This document shows positions 15,885 through 25,581 of a stretch of DNA of 44,652 nt, piece after piece. The notes below the pieces were generated by a model. That model searched no databases and was not told where the DNA came from. It saw only the letters and a program-made list of their open reading frames with translations. The number at the start of each line of letters is the position of its first letter. Position 1 is the stretch's first letter. Source of the stretch: a virus (taxonomy: Duplodnaviria > Heunggongvirae > Uroviricota > Caudoviricetes); IMG/VR virus record IMGVR_UViG_3300045988_039442, positions 1 through 44,652 of that record; one strand, written 5' to 3'. A program made the position numbers and the translations under genes.

Positions 15885-15920
15885 TGCAACGGCCCTTCGG
15901 GGCCGTAATAAGGAAAGGTC

Positions 15921-16100
15921 ATGGCAGATAATTATGTAATCCGCGAAAAGTACACCCACGTTGATGTTGTTGATGGGCAGGTGATGCCGGTTCGCGGTGT
16001 TGTAGAAGCGGATGAGCTGGTTGCAACCCAACCGGGCAACGAAGAAGCGCACAACAACGGTGGTGGTACTAAGCGTCGCCGCCGTAAGTCAGAGGAATAA
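15921..16100 (+). CDS. hypothetical small protein (59 aa) with basic C-terminus
   Basis: RBS AAGGAAAGG before the ATG; below the ORF-track cut-off. Confidence 0.4.
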   Translation: MADNYVIREKYTHVDVVDGQVMPVRGVVEADELVATQPGNEEAHNNGGGTKRRRRKSEE

Positions 16101-16103
16101 TTT

Positions 16104-16616
16104 ATGCCGCTAATCGTGGAAGATGGGTCAATAGTACCTGGCGCTGACAGTTACATTAGCCTAGCTGACGCCCGCGCGTTAGCGGCTAATTATGGTCTTG
16201 AGTTACCCGCGGACGATACCGCCGCAGAGGTGGCCTTGCGCAACGGCACTACCTATGTCGGGCTTGCAGAACCGCAGATGTGTGGACGTCGGGTGTCCGC
16301 TGAACAGTCTCTGGCGTATCCACGCACCGGTGTTACGTTGAATGGTTTCCCTGTAGCAAACGATGTTATCCCTAAGCCGGTAATTCTTGCGCAGGTAATC
16401 GCCGCCGTTACATATGGCGCAGGTACTGAGGTACGAGCTAACTCAGATGGGCGCGCTGTACAGACCGAGCGCGTAGAGGGCGCAGTAACCGTGACGTACT
16501 TCAACAACGGCAGCAGTGGCGCTACGACCGCGATTACCGCCGCAGACGATGCCTTACGCCCATTACTGTGCGGGGGTCTTAACAATGGCTTCTCGTTTAA
16601 CGTGTACCGGGGTTAA
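16104..16616 (+). CDS. head-tail connector/adaptor (putative)
   Basis: Position in the connector cluster; ORF track entry. Confidence 0.45.
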   Translation: MPLIVEDGSIVPGADSYISLADARALAANYGLELPADDTAAEVALRNGTTYVGLAEPQMCGRRVSAEQSLAYPRTGVTLNGFPVANDVIPKPVILAQVIAAVTYGAGTEVRANSDGRAVQTERVEGAVTVTYFNNGSSGATTAITAADDALRPLLCGGLNNGFSFNVYRG

Positions 16617-16618
16617 AA

Positions 16619-17233
16619 ATGGCGAAGACTAAAACAGAGATGTTTACCCTTATCGGTGCAAATCTTCCCGATAACACTACCGGCCTTATCACCCCAGCCG
16701 CATTGCGCGAGGTAATGACGCAGATGGCTGACTCACCTATTTACGCCACTCCAGGCGTTAAAGAGGTTGAAGTTCTCCGTGCTGTATCGACAGTAATGCA
16801 AGCACCCACCGCAGTAGATACGGCATTGCAGTTAACCTTCGGCTCTGCCCAGGGTAGCGCATCTGACCCGGTAATGATTAATGCCGCGGGGCTTGTTACG
16901 TTCAACACTGCGGGCAGCTATGCCGTTCGCATCAAGTTACAGGCTGGGCGCACTGGGGCAAGCGGCACGTCTATTTTGTTATCACGCATTCTGGTAAACG
17001 GTGCTCAGTACGGCTCACCGGCAGCTACGAAACTGGTAAGTGCCGACACCACAATCCCGATTGAGTCTCGCGTTGTTATTAACCCGACAGCAGGCCAGAC
17101 GTTTGCCGTTCAGATTATGCGAGATAGCGCCGGGAGTAACTTCGGAGGTGTATATCCTCAAGCGGCTACCGTAACCGCATGGGGTACCGCGCCATCTGCG
17201 CTACTGGTTATCTCGAGACTGGAGGCTGCGTAA
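16619..17233 (+). CDS. hypothetical structural protein
   Basis: ORF track entry; tight packing in the connector cluster. Confidence 0.5.
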   Translation: MAKTKTEMFTLIGANLPDNTTGLITPAALREVMTQMADSPIYATPGVKEVEVLRAVSTVMQAPTAVDTALQLTFGSAQGSASDPVMINAAGLVTFNTAGSYAVRIKLQAGRTGASGTSILLSRILVNGAQYGSPAATKLVSADTTIPIESRVVINPTAGQTFAVQIMRDSAGSNFGGVYPQAATVTAWGTAPSALLVISRLEAA

Positions 17234-17592
17234 TGAACACCGCCTTTAGTAAACGTATGCAAGGCGTAGGTACACGCCTGCTAACCAAATTCGGTAGCAC
17301 GGTATCCCTTGTTCGTGCTGGCTCGAAAGTATGGGACGAAGTCCTCGGTGAGTACGTATGGTCCGCGGATGAAGTGTTGCCGTTGAAAGCTGTTCCGGTT
17401 CCGGTAAACGCTGGACTGGTAAACGGTACGACGATTCAGGCTGGTGACATGATTGTTAAAGCCGATTGCAGTGTCGTCCCTAAGATGGAAGACAAGGTGC
17501 AATTCGGCAGCGAGCAATGGTCTGTCGTAGCCATCGAGAAGAAGATGGTTAACGATGATGTCGTGGCATACTTTATTCAGGTGAGAAAATGA
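17233..17592 (+). CDS. head closure/head-tail joining protein (putative)
   Basis: ATG at 17233 overlapping the upstream stop, within ORF 17179..17592. Confidence 0.45.
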   Translation: MNTAFSKRMQGVGTRLLTKFGSTVSLVRAGSKVWDEVLGEYVWSADEVLPLKAVPVPVNAGLVNGTTIQAGDMIVKADCSVVPKMEDKVQFGSEQWSVVAIEKKMVNDDVVAYFIQVRK

Positions 17593-17984
17593 GTTTCGCG
17601 CTTGACGTCTCTAAGTTCGTGGAAAAGGCGAAGAAGAATCCTGAGAAGGTAATGCGTCAGGTGTCTATCAAGCTGTTTTCCGCTATTATAAAGGCGAGTC
17701 CGGTGGATACTGGCCGCTTTCGTATGAACTGGATGGCATCCGGCGGTACTCCTGCTTTCGGAACTACGGACGCTACGGATAAATCAGGAAACATAGCAAC
17801 CGGAAACGCTACGAGTTTCGTGCTGAAAGCCGCAGACTGGCGCGAGTTCACGCTGACAAACAACCTGCCGTATGCTCAACGGCTGGAGTATGGCTGGTCG
17901 CAACAGGCTCCGCAAGGATTTGTCAGGGTAAATGTGTCTCGCTTCCAGCAACTCATTAACGAAGAAGCCAACAAGGTGAAATGA
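17589..17984 (+). CDS. HK97 gp10-like tail component
   Basis: The IKASPVDTGRFRMNW motif resembles the HK97 gp10 family signature. Confidence 0.55.
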   Translation: MSFALDVSKFVEKAKKNPEKVMRQVSIKLFSAIIKASPVDTGRFRMNWMASGGTPAFGTTDATDKSGNIATGNATSFVLKAADWREFTLTNNLPYAQRLEYGWSQQAPQGFVRVNVSRFQQLINEEANKVK

Positions 17985-18397
17985 TGGGCTACTTTGAGGA
18001 TTTAACAAAAGCGTTCGATGTGCCGCTGGTAGCCTTCGGAACCGCCAACGGCATCAAGGTTGCTCTTGAAAACATCGACGCGCCGACGTCAACCAATACC
18101 CCGTATCTGGCAAGTTACATGTTGCTGGCAGATACGGAGCAGGCGGATTTGTTCTTCACGGAACAACGCGCCGGTGTCTATCAGGTAGATATTAACTACG
18201 CATCTGTGAAAGGTAGCGCGCCAATCAATAAAATGGCAGACTTACTTAACACGGCGTTTAAAGCAGGTAAGTCATTTTCACGTAACGACATCTGCGCCGA
18301 GGTTCAATCGGTTAGCCTGGGGCCGCTGATTGTAGAAAACGGATGGGCCAAAAGACCATTGTCAATTAACTTTATTGCATTCACCAAGAGGCTGTGA
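17981..18397 (+). CDS. tail terminator/tail completion protein (putative)
   Basis: Position immediately upstream of the major tail gene. Confidence 0.45.
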   Translation: MMGYFEDLTKAFDVPLVAFGTANGIKVALENIDAPTSTNTPYLASYMLLADTEQADLFFTEQRAGVYQVDINYASVKGSAPINKMADLLNTAFKAGKSFSRNDICAEVQSVSLGPLIVENGWAKRPLSINFIAFTKRL

Positions 18398-18399
18398 AT

Positions 18400-19566
18400 A
18401 TGGCTACAACTCCTTTTAAGGGCGCGACTACCGCGCAATTCTATGTGGCGGAAACTACCCCGGGCGTAACTCCAGACAACCCTGTCTGGTCGCCGTTGCG
18501 TAACACTGGCGGTGTTCCTGCTATTACCCGCGACACGCTGACCTCCAATGAACTTGACGGCAGCCGTGAAACTACGTCCATCCGCACCGGCAACAAACAG
18601 GTTAGCGGAGAATACGCCATCGAGCTTAGTTCGAAAAGCCAGGATGACTGGCTGGCAGGTGCTTTAGGCTCTACGTGGCAATCCGGTGCATCGCTGTCCG
18701 GGCTGTCGATTACCGTCGCACCTGAAGGCAAGACGTTCACCCGTGCCGAAGGTAGCTTTATTTCTGACGGCGTTGAGGTAGGCGACCTGATTGCGTTTAC
18801 CGACTTAACCGGCGACAACGCAAAACCGTTTATCGTCACTGCGGTAACCGCCACGGTTGTTACTGGCGCAGGTATCCAACACCCTCTGACCGTCGAGACA
18901 AAAACCAGTAAGGCTAAGACAGGCGACAAACTGGAAACCGGCAGTCAGTGTAAGACGTTCTCTATTCTCACGTGGTACAAAGGCCAGTGTGGTGGGGCCG
19001 ACGCGTACACGCTGACAAAAGGTGTGGAAGTTTCCGGTTTTACCATCGAACAAGCTGTTAACGCGATGGTAACTGGCAGCTTCCCGTTCATCGGGCGCGG
19101 CCAGGAGATTCTCACTACGCCACCGTCTGGTTCTGACTTCTCCTCTGTTACGTTTGGTGATGAGCCGTTCTCCTCCGTTGACGTTTCCGTGTTTGACGGC
19201 TCTACACCGTTGCGTTGCGATAGTCTGGCCATCACCAACGACAACAGCGCGTCCGCACAGTTCGAACTCGGCAACACTAACGTAGCGTTTGTGGAGCGTA
19301 GCCGCGCGGCTAACACCTTCTCCATCTCCGGCAAGCTGTACGACATGGCTATGATTCAGAAGTTTATCAACGAGCAGCAGGTAGAGATTAATTCTATTCT
19401 GGCGGGGGTAAACGGAGCTATGTCTTTCAGTTTAAAACGTGCAGAGCTTACGGCGGTTACGCCTGAGATTGGCGGGCCTGAGTCAATCACTCAGTCCATT
19501 GAAGGCCAGGCTACCGGTAACCAGTACCAGTCGTCTATTGTTATCCAGCGTATCACCTACGCATAA
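18400..19566 (+). CDS. major tail protein with C-terminal Ig-like extension
   Basis: About 390 aa upstream of the chaperone/tape-measure genes; ATG at 18400 after AAGAGG (GTG at 18394 is the alternative). Confidence 0.65.
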   Translation: MATTPFKGATTAQFYVAETTPGVTPDNPVWSPLRNTGGVPAITRDTLTSNELDGSRETTSIRTGNKQVSGEYAIELSSKSQDDWLAGALGSTWQSGASLSGLSITVAPEGKTFTRAEGSFISDGVEVGDLIAFTDLTGDNAKPFIVTAVTATVVTGAGIQHPLTVETKTSKAKTGDKLETGSQCKTFSILTWYKGQCGGADAYTLTKGVEVSGFTIEQAVNAMVTGSFPFIGRGQEILTTPPSGSDFSSVTFGDEPFSSVDVSVFDGSTPLRCDSLAITNDNSASAQFELGNTNVAFVERSRAANTFSISGKLYDMAMIQKFINEQQVEINSILAGVNGAMSFSLKRAELTAVTPEIGGPESITQSIEGQATGNQYQSSIVIQRITYA

Positions 19567-19596
19567 AACTAAGGCCCCTTTCGGGGCCTTTTCTTA
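19566..19596. terminator. bidirectional hairpin terminator
   Basis: AAGGCCCC-TTTC-GGGGCCTT followed by TTCTT. Confidence 0.65.
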
Positions 19597-19759
19597 CTCC
19601 TTCAATTGCATAGGGTAGAAGTTAACGAGTTCTCCTTTATCCCGAAGCCTTGAATACTCATCTAATGCCTCTTCCAGGCTACTTACGGCTTAGATATCAC
19701 TCCATTCGTCCCATTCTTTGTCGTATACGCTGATTACAAATATTGTCCCCATTGTACAT

Positions 19760-20329
19760 TCACGCATTTGGATAAATCCCCAGGATTCTATTAGCAATCG
19801 CAGCCGCTGTTAATGTAATCTCGCCTGGGATGACCACAACGTCATGGCATACCGCACCATCAATATCGTACAGGTAACCACGACTATCCCCGTCAAACGT
19901 ATAGCCGTCTCTGTGCAAGCGAACGATTCTTACATCATGCCCCGCGGCGACGATGGGGGCCACTTCACTGGCGAATCCACCGTCGGACACTACAAAAACT
20001 TCGTCGCCGTCGGACAAGTTTCCGGCAAGATACTTACCGAAATAATCGTCACCGAATACCGGTTTAATGAATTGCTCAGAAATGGCAATCATGAACTGAC
20101 GACGTGACAACCCATTAAGAAAACCCTCTGGCTTTTCTTTCCGCGCCCTGTCGTCGTAGCCGTCGAGAAACTCGTGGTAAGTATCCGGGCCTAACGCTGC
20201 AAGAGCGATATTGAACATTGGATTCTTGAAACTGGTAGTCGCATTCGCAAAGCCCATTTCTACCAGCGCCATAGCGAGTGTGTCTTTTCCGCAGCCCGCA
20301 GGACCATTAAGAATGATTACCTTAGCCAT
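19760..20329 (-). CDS. P-loop nucleotide kinase, dNMP-kinase-like (T4 gp1-like GKDT Walker A)
   Basis: N-terminal VIILNGPAGCGKDT; small (189 aa); last gene of the leftward operon. Confidence 0.5.
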   Translation of the reverse strand: MAKVIILNGPAGCGKDTLAMALVEMGFANATTSFKNPMFNIALAALGPDTYHEFLDGYDDRARKEKPEGFLNGLSRRQFMIAISEQFIKPVFGDDYFGKYLAGNLSDGDEVFVVSDGGFASEVAPIVAAGHDVRIVRLHRDGYTFDGDSRGYLYDIDGAVCHDVVVIPGEITLTAAAIANRILGIYPNA

Positions 20330-20814
20330 TATTTATTGCTCCCGTGTGGTTTTAAGTGAGTAGAGTTCCCGTTACAGTCGTATTCAGTAACCGCGTGCGT
20401 CGTGATTCCTAAGCCACGGAAATGCTTTATCACCGCTGGGGAGTCATCGAACGCACACAAGATTCTTTCCAGCCCGATAGCGCGCAACACCTCTTCTTTA
20501 ATTACGATGTCTTTTCTGTTGTCGTGTTTGCTGCGCATGATTAGCTGATAAAATTCGACGCGGTGGCGCTGCAACCACATTCTGGTTTCTTTTTCTGCGT
20601 CATCACTGCGACCGGTTAAAATAATAGCGGCGTATCGCCGATTAAGGGCGTTACACAGCTCGATATTATCTCTAATTGGTTCATCATCTTTGCACGCCAT
20701 GTTAAATGGCTTCCACGCCCATGTTTCGTTGTAGTTATCTTTCGGCAGAAGGTGCAAACGATGTGTCCCATCCGCCAATGTCCCGTCTAAATCGAAAATT
20801 ACAATATCTTTCAT
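20329..20814 (-). CDS. HAD-family phosphatase resembling the polynucleotide kinase 3'-phosphatase domain
   Basis: DLDGTL motif at the N-terminus; the RKDIVIKEEV ... FDDSPAVI segment resembles the T4 Pnk phosphatase domain from memory. Confidence 0.5.
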   Translation of the reverse strand: MKDIVIFDLDGTLADGTHRLHLLPKDNYNETWAWKPFNMACKDDEPIRDNIELCNALNRRYAAIILTGRSDDAEKETRMWLQRHRVEFYQLIMRSKHDNRKDIVIKEEVLRAIGLERILCAFDDSPAVIKHFRGLGITTHAVTEYDCNGNSTHLKPHGSNK

Positions 20815-21941
20815 CCCAACATCTCCGGTGAAATAGTTAAACGTGCAACCTCGCCGTATTCGGCGCTATAAGTAATTACATTTGCACTGCGTCCCGACAT
20901 CCACCCACCGCGAGAAGCATATGCATCTTTCGCCGCGAGAGTGCGATGCTGCTCAACAATCATGTTACGGCTTTCTACAATCTTCTGGTGGTGCAGGTGC
21001 CCAACGTGGGCGTAGCTATAAACGCTCTCGCCGAACGCTTTGCGGAACTTAGCAATCATAACCGGTTCGATAGCGTCAAATCGCGCCTTATGCCCGTGGT
21101 GAAAGAACAATGTCGTTTTGCCGTGTTGCACCATCTTGTAAACATCCGGCGATGTATCCACTGTCACTCGGCTGTCGTTTGAGTATAAAGTCGTGAACAT
21201 TTCCGCCAGCCATACAGACCCTACAGGGTCGTGATTTCCTTGCACGATAAGCAAGCGAACAGATTTATGCTTAACCAGTGCCATATCAACAACACGGCGA
21301 ACCATACGAATCATGTAGCGGACAAGTTTCTGGTAGCGAGTGTCTGCGTCCAACACATGACGCGACTCAGGGGTAACGGCATCAAGACTATCGAAGTGTG
21401 CGAAGTCCCCCAGCAGGTTAATAACCCCAGTTCCAGCATCTGGTGCTTTCTGAAACGCCGCATCGAACCAACGGGAGAACAAGTCTTCAGCAATCTTCAT
21501 ATCCCAGTCGTCGCCGCTCTCGTCGGCCCAGGCCAGCATACCGAGATGGAAATCAGATACAGTGTAAAGATTGAGTAGTTTATCGTCACGTTTGGTGCGA
21601 GCGGCTTTAACAGGTGCAACCGGCGTAATCTCCGACTTCATACCTTCGATTACGGCTTTCATTAATTCTACCTGACGTTCGGCATCGGTGTCGGTCTTAA
21701 CCCATTGCAACTTAGTATTGCCGAACTCGTCCACCAGAGACGACGTGCCTTTAATCTTGTAGCCGTCCGGAACAAGGTGGCTAACGTCCAGCCCGTGGCC
21801 TACGCCTTTCTTTGCCAGCTTCGCTTTACGGATTCTGATAACGCGGTCTGAGACGCCGTATTTACGAGCTATATCGATATTCCTCACACCGGCGTTCAAT
21901 TCTTCCTGTAACTGCTCGTCGGTTATTTTCTTCCGGGCCAT
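20811..21941 (-). CDS. calcineurin-like metallophosphoesterase with N-terminal HTH domain
   Basis: Motifs SDFHLG, GDFAHF, GNHD, HHGH and GHLHH; RBS ACGAGGAAG. Confidence 0.6.
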   Translation of the reverse strand: MARKKITDEQLQEELNAGVRNIDIARKYGVSDRVIRIRKAKLAKKGVGHGLDVSHLVPDGYKIKGTSSLVDEFGNTKLQWVKTDTDAERQVELMKAVIEGMKSEITPVAPVKAARTKRDDKLLNLYTVSDFHLGMLAWADESGDDWDMKIAEDLFSRWFDAAFQKAPDAGTGVINLLGDFAHFDSLDAVTPESRHVLDADTRYQKLVRYMIRMVRRVVDMALVKHKSVRLLIVQGNHDPVGSVWLAEMFTTLYSNDSRVTVDTSPDVYKMVQHGKTTLFFHHGHKARFDAIEPVMIAKFRKAFGESVYSYAHVGHLHHQKIVESRNMIVEQHRTLAAKDAYASRGGWMSGRSANVITYSAEYGEVARLTISPEMLG

Positions 21942-22006
21942 GCTTACTTCCTCGTGTTTAGGATTTGTCCTATTTAACCATAGTGCATTCCTTTAAATAA
22001 AGGCGA

Positions 22007-22333
22007 CTATTTACTTTCCGCGCCTATCGCCCACCCGGTCATTACCATTTGCAGACGGGTAGCCGTTAGTAGGCTGTAAAACGCGTCTCCGTTTTTCTCT
22101 ACCGAACGTATTACCGTGTATGTTACGGCTTGAGGAGGTAAGCCCGATTTACCAACCTCTACGGCAGCCTCACACTCGCCAACTGTAGAGTCCTTAAATG
22201 CCTTTACGATAGTAGTGTCGGCTTTCTCAAGCACGCCAGAAGTCATAAGAACAGATTCACTAAATACCTGTTCGCACGGGGACCCAAAAGTAGCAAAAGA
22301 CATAAACCCCAGAGCCAATACTAATTTACGCAT
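22007..22333 (-). CDS. small secreted/periplasmic protein with signal peptide
   Basis: N-terminal MRKLVLALGFMSFATFG signal-like segment; first gene after the conserved promoter. Confidence 0.5.
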   Translation of the reverse strand: MRKLVLALGFMSFATFGSPCEQVFSESVLMTSGVLEKADTTIVKAFKDSTVGECEAAVEVGKSGLPPQAVTYTVIRSVEKNGDAFYSLLTATRLQMVMTGWAIGAESK

Positions 22334-22358
22334 AATTATTTCCTCAGTAAGTTACAGG

Positions 22359-22390
22359 TGAATAGTACCCTATTATATTGGGGTGTGCAA
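22359..22390 (-). promoter_or_regulatory. conserved promoter/operator element, copy 3, leftward
   Basis: TGAATAGTACCCTATTATATTGGGGTGTGCAA; drives the four-gene leftward operon 22333 to 19760. Confidence 0.55.
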
Positions 22391-22497
22391 GTAGTGTGCT
22401 AGAATAAGTTTGCGCCTAGTGTCGCACACGAAAAGCGGGTGGTTCCCGTCTGGCGCATTTTCCTTAACCTGTAACCTCTTAACCAAAGGATCAAAGA

Positions 22498-22914
22498 ATG
22501 AAACTTTCTGATTTTTATTTTGCGGACCGCCATGCTGTAGGCACTAAAATGCCTATCCTTCTGCCGAGTGGTAAAGATTCCGGTGAATGGCTGCAGGTGA
22601 TTGGCCCTGATTGTGACGAGGGTGTTCGCGCAGGCCGCGCCTACACAACGGCAATTCGACGCCTTACGGAAGAGCTTGCACCCTTAGATAAAGAGTGCGA
22701 GGCACTGAATAACTGGGCGCGCTATAACGATGAAAAGGGCTGGCGGGTGATGGACCTGAACAAGCAGCTTGCCGTGGAAATCGTCACCGGTTGGTCATTC
22801 GACGAACCGTTCAGCAAAGAAGCGCTGGCTAACCTGTTCGACCAGTACAGTGGGCTGGCGGAGGCCGTAGTTAAGCATCACACCGACAGTCGTGAGAAAC
22901 TCTCGGAAAAGTAA
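22498..22914 (+). CDS. tail assembly chaperone (G-like)
   Basis: Located between the major tail and tape-measure genes; RBS AAGGA. Confidence 0.6.
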   Translation: MKLSDFYFADRHAVGTKMPILLPSGKDSGEWLQVIGPDCDEGVRAGRAYTTAIRRLTEELAPLDKECEALNNWARYNDEKGWRVMDLNKQLAVEIVTGWSFDEPFSKEALANLFDQYSGLAEAVVKHHTDSREKLSEK

Positions 22915-23276
22915 AAGCGCTGTATGAATTTGCGCAATGGTGCTTTGTCGACCGCCACAAACGTAAGCAATTCGACGACATCGCGGCGGGGCACCAGGCG
23001 GCTTTGATTGCAATGGGCGTGATTAAAGAACCGCAGATGAAAGAAACGACGGGGCCTGAATGCCCCGTTTCTCTTATCGACGTGTTCGAGAAATACCGCG
23101 CCATTAAATTCCTACAGCGTGAAACAGATGATACTATCGTTATAATCCCGCGCGATGCGCTCAAATGGCAAGATTTGGTAGCGTTTCGTGATGTCGCCGG
23201 TTACGGCATAAGTTTGTTCGAAGCCGAGGTTATCATGGGCTTAGACGGAATATTTGAGGGCAGAGAAGATGGCTGA
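22498..23276 (+). CDS. tail assembly chaperone GT-like fusion via putative -1 programmed frameshift near 22905-22911
   Basis: The -1 frame is open from 22896 to 23276 and overlaps the end of the G frame; G GAA AAG sits just before the G stop; the extension ends at the tape-measure start. Confidence 0.45.
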
Positions 23277-25581
23277 TACGGCTTCCCTAATTGCCAGAGT
23301 AAAAACAGAAGGCGCTGACGTAGCCGCCAAACAGCTTGACGCTATGGCGGCATCCGCAGACCGGGCGGACACATCTGTAAACAAACTAACGCCTGACGTT
23401 AATAAAGTAAACTCCGCTACGTCTAAAGCGGCCTCTGACGGTTTCGCTAAATTCCGTAACGCCGCTGGGCAGGTTGGCTTCCAGGTGCAGGACATGGTTG
23501 TCCAGTTGCAATCTGGTACGTCCGCATTCGTCGCGATAGGACAGCAAGGTTCACAGCTTGCGGGGGCCTTCGGCCCTGGTGGTGCGGTGCTGGGGGCTGT
23601 AATTGCTCTCGCGTCAGCAATCGGTGGTGTCCTGTACAAATCGCTAACCGAAGCAGAAGGCAGTTCAAAAGACCTCGAAGCCGCACAGAAACAGTTGAAA
23701 GATACTTTTCAGCAAACAGCATCCGGCTCTCTCGAACTGACAGACGGCCTTATCCAGCTTACCCAAATCAGCAGAGAAGCGGCTGAGACTCAGCTTGCTC
23801 TGGCTAAGGCTAACGCAGACCTTATCGCGCAGCAAACAGCTAAAGCCGTTCGTGAGGACGCAGAATCATGGGAAACATGGAAAGCCTCCACGGCATCGGC
23901 TATTAGCCAGTATGACGCGCTGGTCTCTAAGGGTGCGGATGTAGGCGACACGTTAGAAAAACTAGGCGGCACCTACGAGGGCAACATCGTAGGCGTCAAC
24001 ATGCTGGCACAGAATATCGCGGAGCTTAGTAGTAAGTTCGGAGTTAACCGCGACCAGGCCCTGGAGATGATAGCGGCGCAGAGCGCGTTTAATAAAGAGC
24101 CAACAGCCGAGAATGCCCGTCGCATCGCCGATGTGTTTACCGACTGGCTCGGTAATACAAAACAGTTGAACCCGGAACTTATCCGCCTGACCGACAATGC
24201 CAACAAGAACGCCACGGCACTGGAGAACGCAGAGAAGTCAGCAAACGCGGCGGCAGAGGCTCAAAAGAATCTTGGTCGTAACGTTAACTCAACCACGCAG
24301 AGATTCCAGGAACAGAACGAAGCTATCGTCAAGAATCAGCAAATTGCCATCTTAAGCGACCGTGAGCGTATCCGGGCGCAAGCTGAACTTGATAAGCAGG
24401 CATTCGCTAAACGTGAAGCTGTCACCAAAGAGCAGATAGCCGCGTATAACGCGGCCCGGGATGCGGAAGCGCGGCAAGACATCGCTCGCATCGACGCGAC
24501 CGAAAAAGCGAAGGCAGACCGAGAGGCTAAATCGAACGAGAAACGTCTGGCTGCGCAGGCCAAACGTGAAGAAACGGCAGCAGAACGTCAGAAAAAAGCG
24601 GCGGAAGATTTCCTCGCTACGGTTGACCGCACAACTGGAGACGAAATTTCACGCATCACAGCGGCAGAAGAACAGAAACTGGCGAAACTGGAGGAGTTCA
24701 ACCGTGCCGGAACGATAAGCCAGCAGCAGTACGAAAACGCCAAAACTCAAATTATGCTCACAGCCGAGCAGGCCAGACAGGAAGAACTGGATAAGAAAAG
24801 AAAAGAAGCCCAGGAAAAGCAGCAGAAAGGCGACGACTTCATGGCCCAGATTATGGGTCAGAACGCCGCCGAGCTTGAGCTTCTCGACATCCAGGAACAG
24901 CAGAAACTGGCGGTGGCGGATAAGTACCGTGAGCAGGGTCTGATTAGCGAGAAGCAGTATCAGGCTGCGCTTAACGCCATCAACGAGCAGTACGCCACAA
25001 AGCGTGCCGACGCAACGGCAACCGCCTTTGGTAACATGGCTTCAAACATCGGGTCTGCGTTGGGCGAGGCTTCTGGCGCGTACAAGGCATTTGCTATCGT
25101 ACAGGCCACCATAGCCACGTACACCGCAGCTATTGAGGCGTACAAGTCCACGGCAGCTATCCCTGTAGTCGGTCCGTTCCTGGCACCTGTAGCCGCCGCC
25201 GCTGCCGTTGGGGCGGGTATGGCGCAGATTTCCGCTATCAGATCTGCGCGTGAACAGGGCGGTCAGTTATCCGCGGGGCAGGCTTCCACCATCGCCGAAC
25301 GTGGTAAACCTGAGGTTATCATGCCCGCTGGCGCATCGCGTGTTCGCACCGCGCAGCAGATGAAAGAAATTATGGGGCAAAACGGGTCTTCTTCCGGCCC
25401 GTCTAATGTTACCATCGTAAACAACACGAGTTCTCAGATTGGCAACGTATCCACTGAACAAGATGATGAAGGCCGTTTGCGTATCATCATTGAAGAGCAA
25501 GTGGCGGCCTCTTTGCAGAACAGCAACAGTAAGATTAGCAAGGCCCGCAAGGCCACAAGAAACGCGCCGGGGTTCAAATAA
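23269..25581 (+). CDS. tail tape measure protein
   Basis: About 770 aa, Ala/Gln/Glu-rich predicted coiled coil with a hydrophobic Gly-rich segment; canonical position. Confidence 0.8.
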   Translation: MADTASLIARVKTEGADVAAKQLDAMAASADRADTSVNKLTPDVNKVNSATSKAASDGFAKFRNAAGQVGFQVQDMVVQLQSGTSAFVAIGQQGSQLAGAFGPGGAVLGAVIALASAIGGVLYKSLTEAEGSSKDLEAAQKQLKDTFQQTASGSLELTDGLIQLTQISREAAETQLALAKANADLIAQQTAKAVREDAESWETWKASTASAISQYDALVSKGADVGDTLEKLGGTYEGNIVGVNMLAQNIAELSSKFGVNRDQALEMIAAQSAFNKEPTAENARRIADVFTDWLGNTKQLNPELIRLTDNANKNATALENAEKSANAAAEAQKNLGRNVNSTTQRFQEQNEAIVKNQQIAILSDRERIRAQAELDKQAFAKREAVTKEQIAAYNAARDAEARQDIARIDATEKAKADREAKSNEKRLAAQAKREETAAERQKKAAEDFLATVDRTTGDEISRITAAEEQKLAKLEEFNRAGTISQQQYENAKTQIMLTAEQARQEELDKKRKEAQEKQQKGDDFMAQIMGQNAAELELLDIQEQQKLAVADKYREQGLISEKQYQAALNAINEQYATKRADATATAFGNMASNIGSALGEASGAYKAFAIVQATIATYTAAIEAYKSTAAIPVVGPFLAPVAAAAAVGAGMAQISAIRSAREQGGQLSAGQASTIAERGKPEVIMPAGASRVRTAQQMKEIMGQNGSSSGPSNVTIVNNTSSQIGNVSTEQDDEGRLRIIIEEQVAASLQNSNSKISKARKATRNAPGFK

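Noticed and set aside
18441-19346. Minus-strand ORFs of 162 and 133 aa inside the major tail gene
   Set aside because: Antisense to a well-placed structural gene; Ser/Thr/Val-rich translation with no start context.
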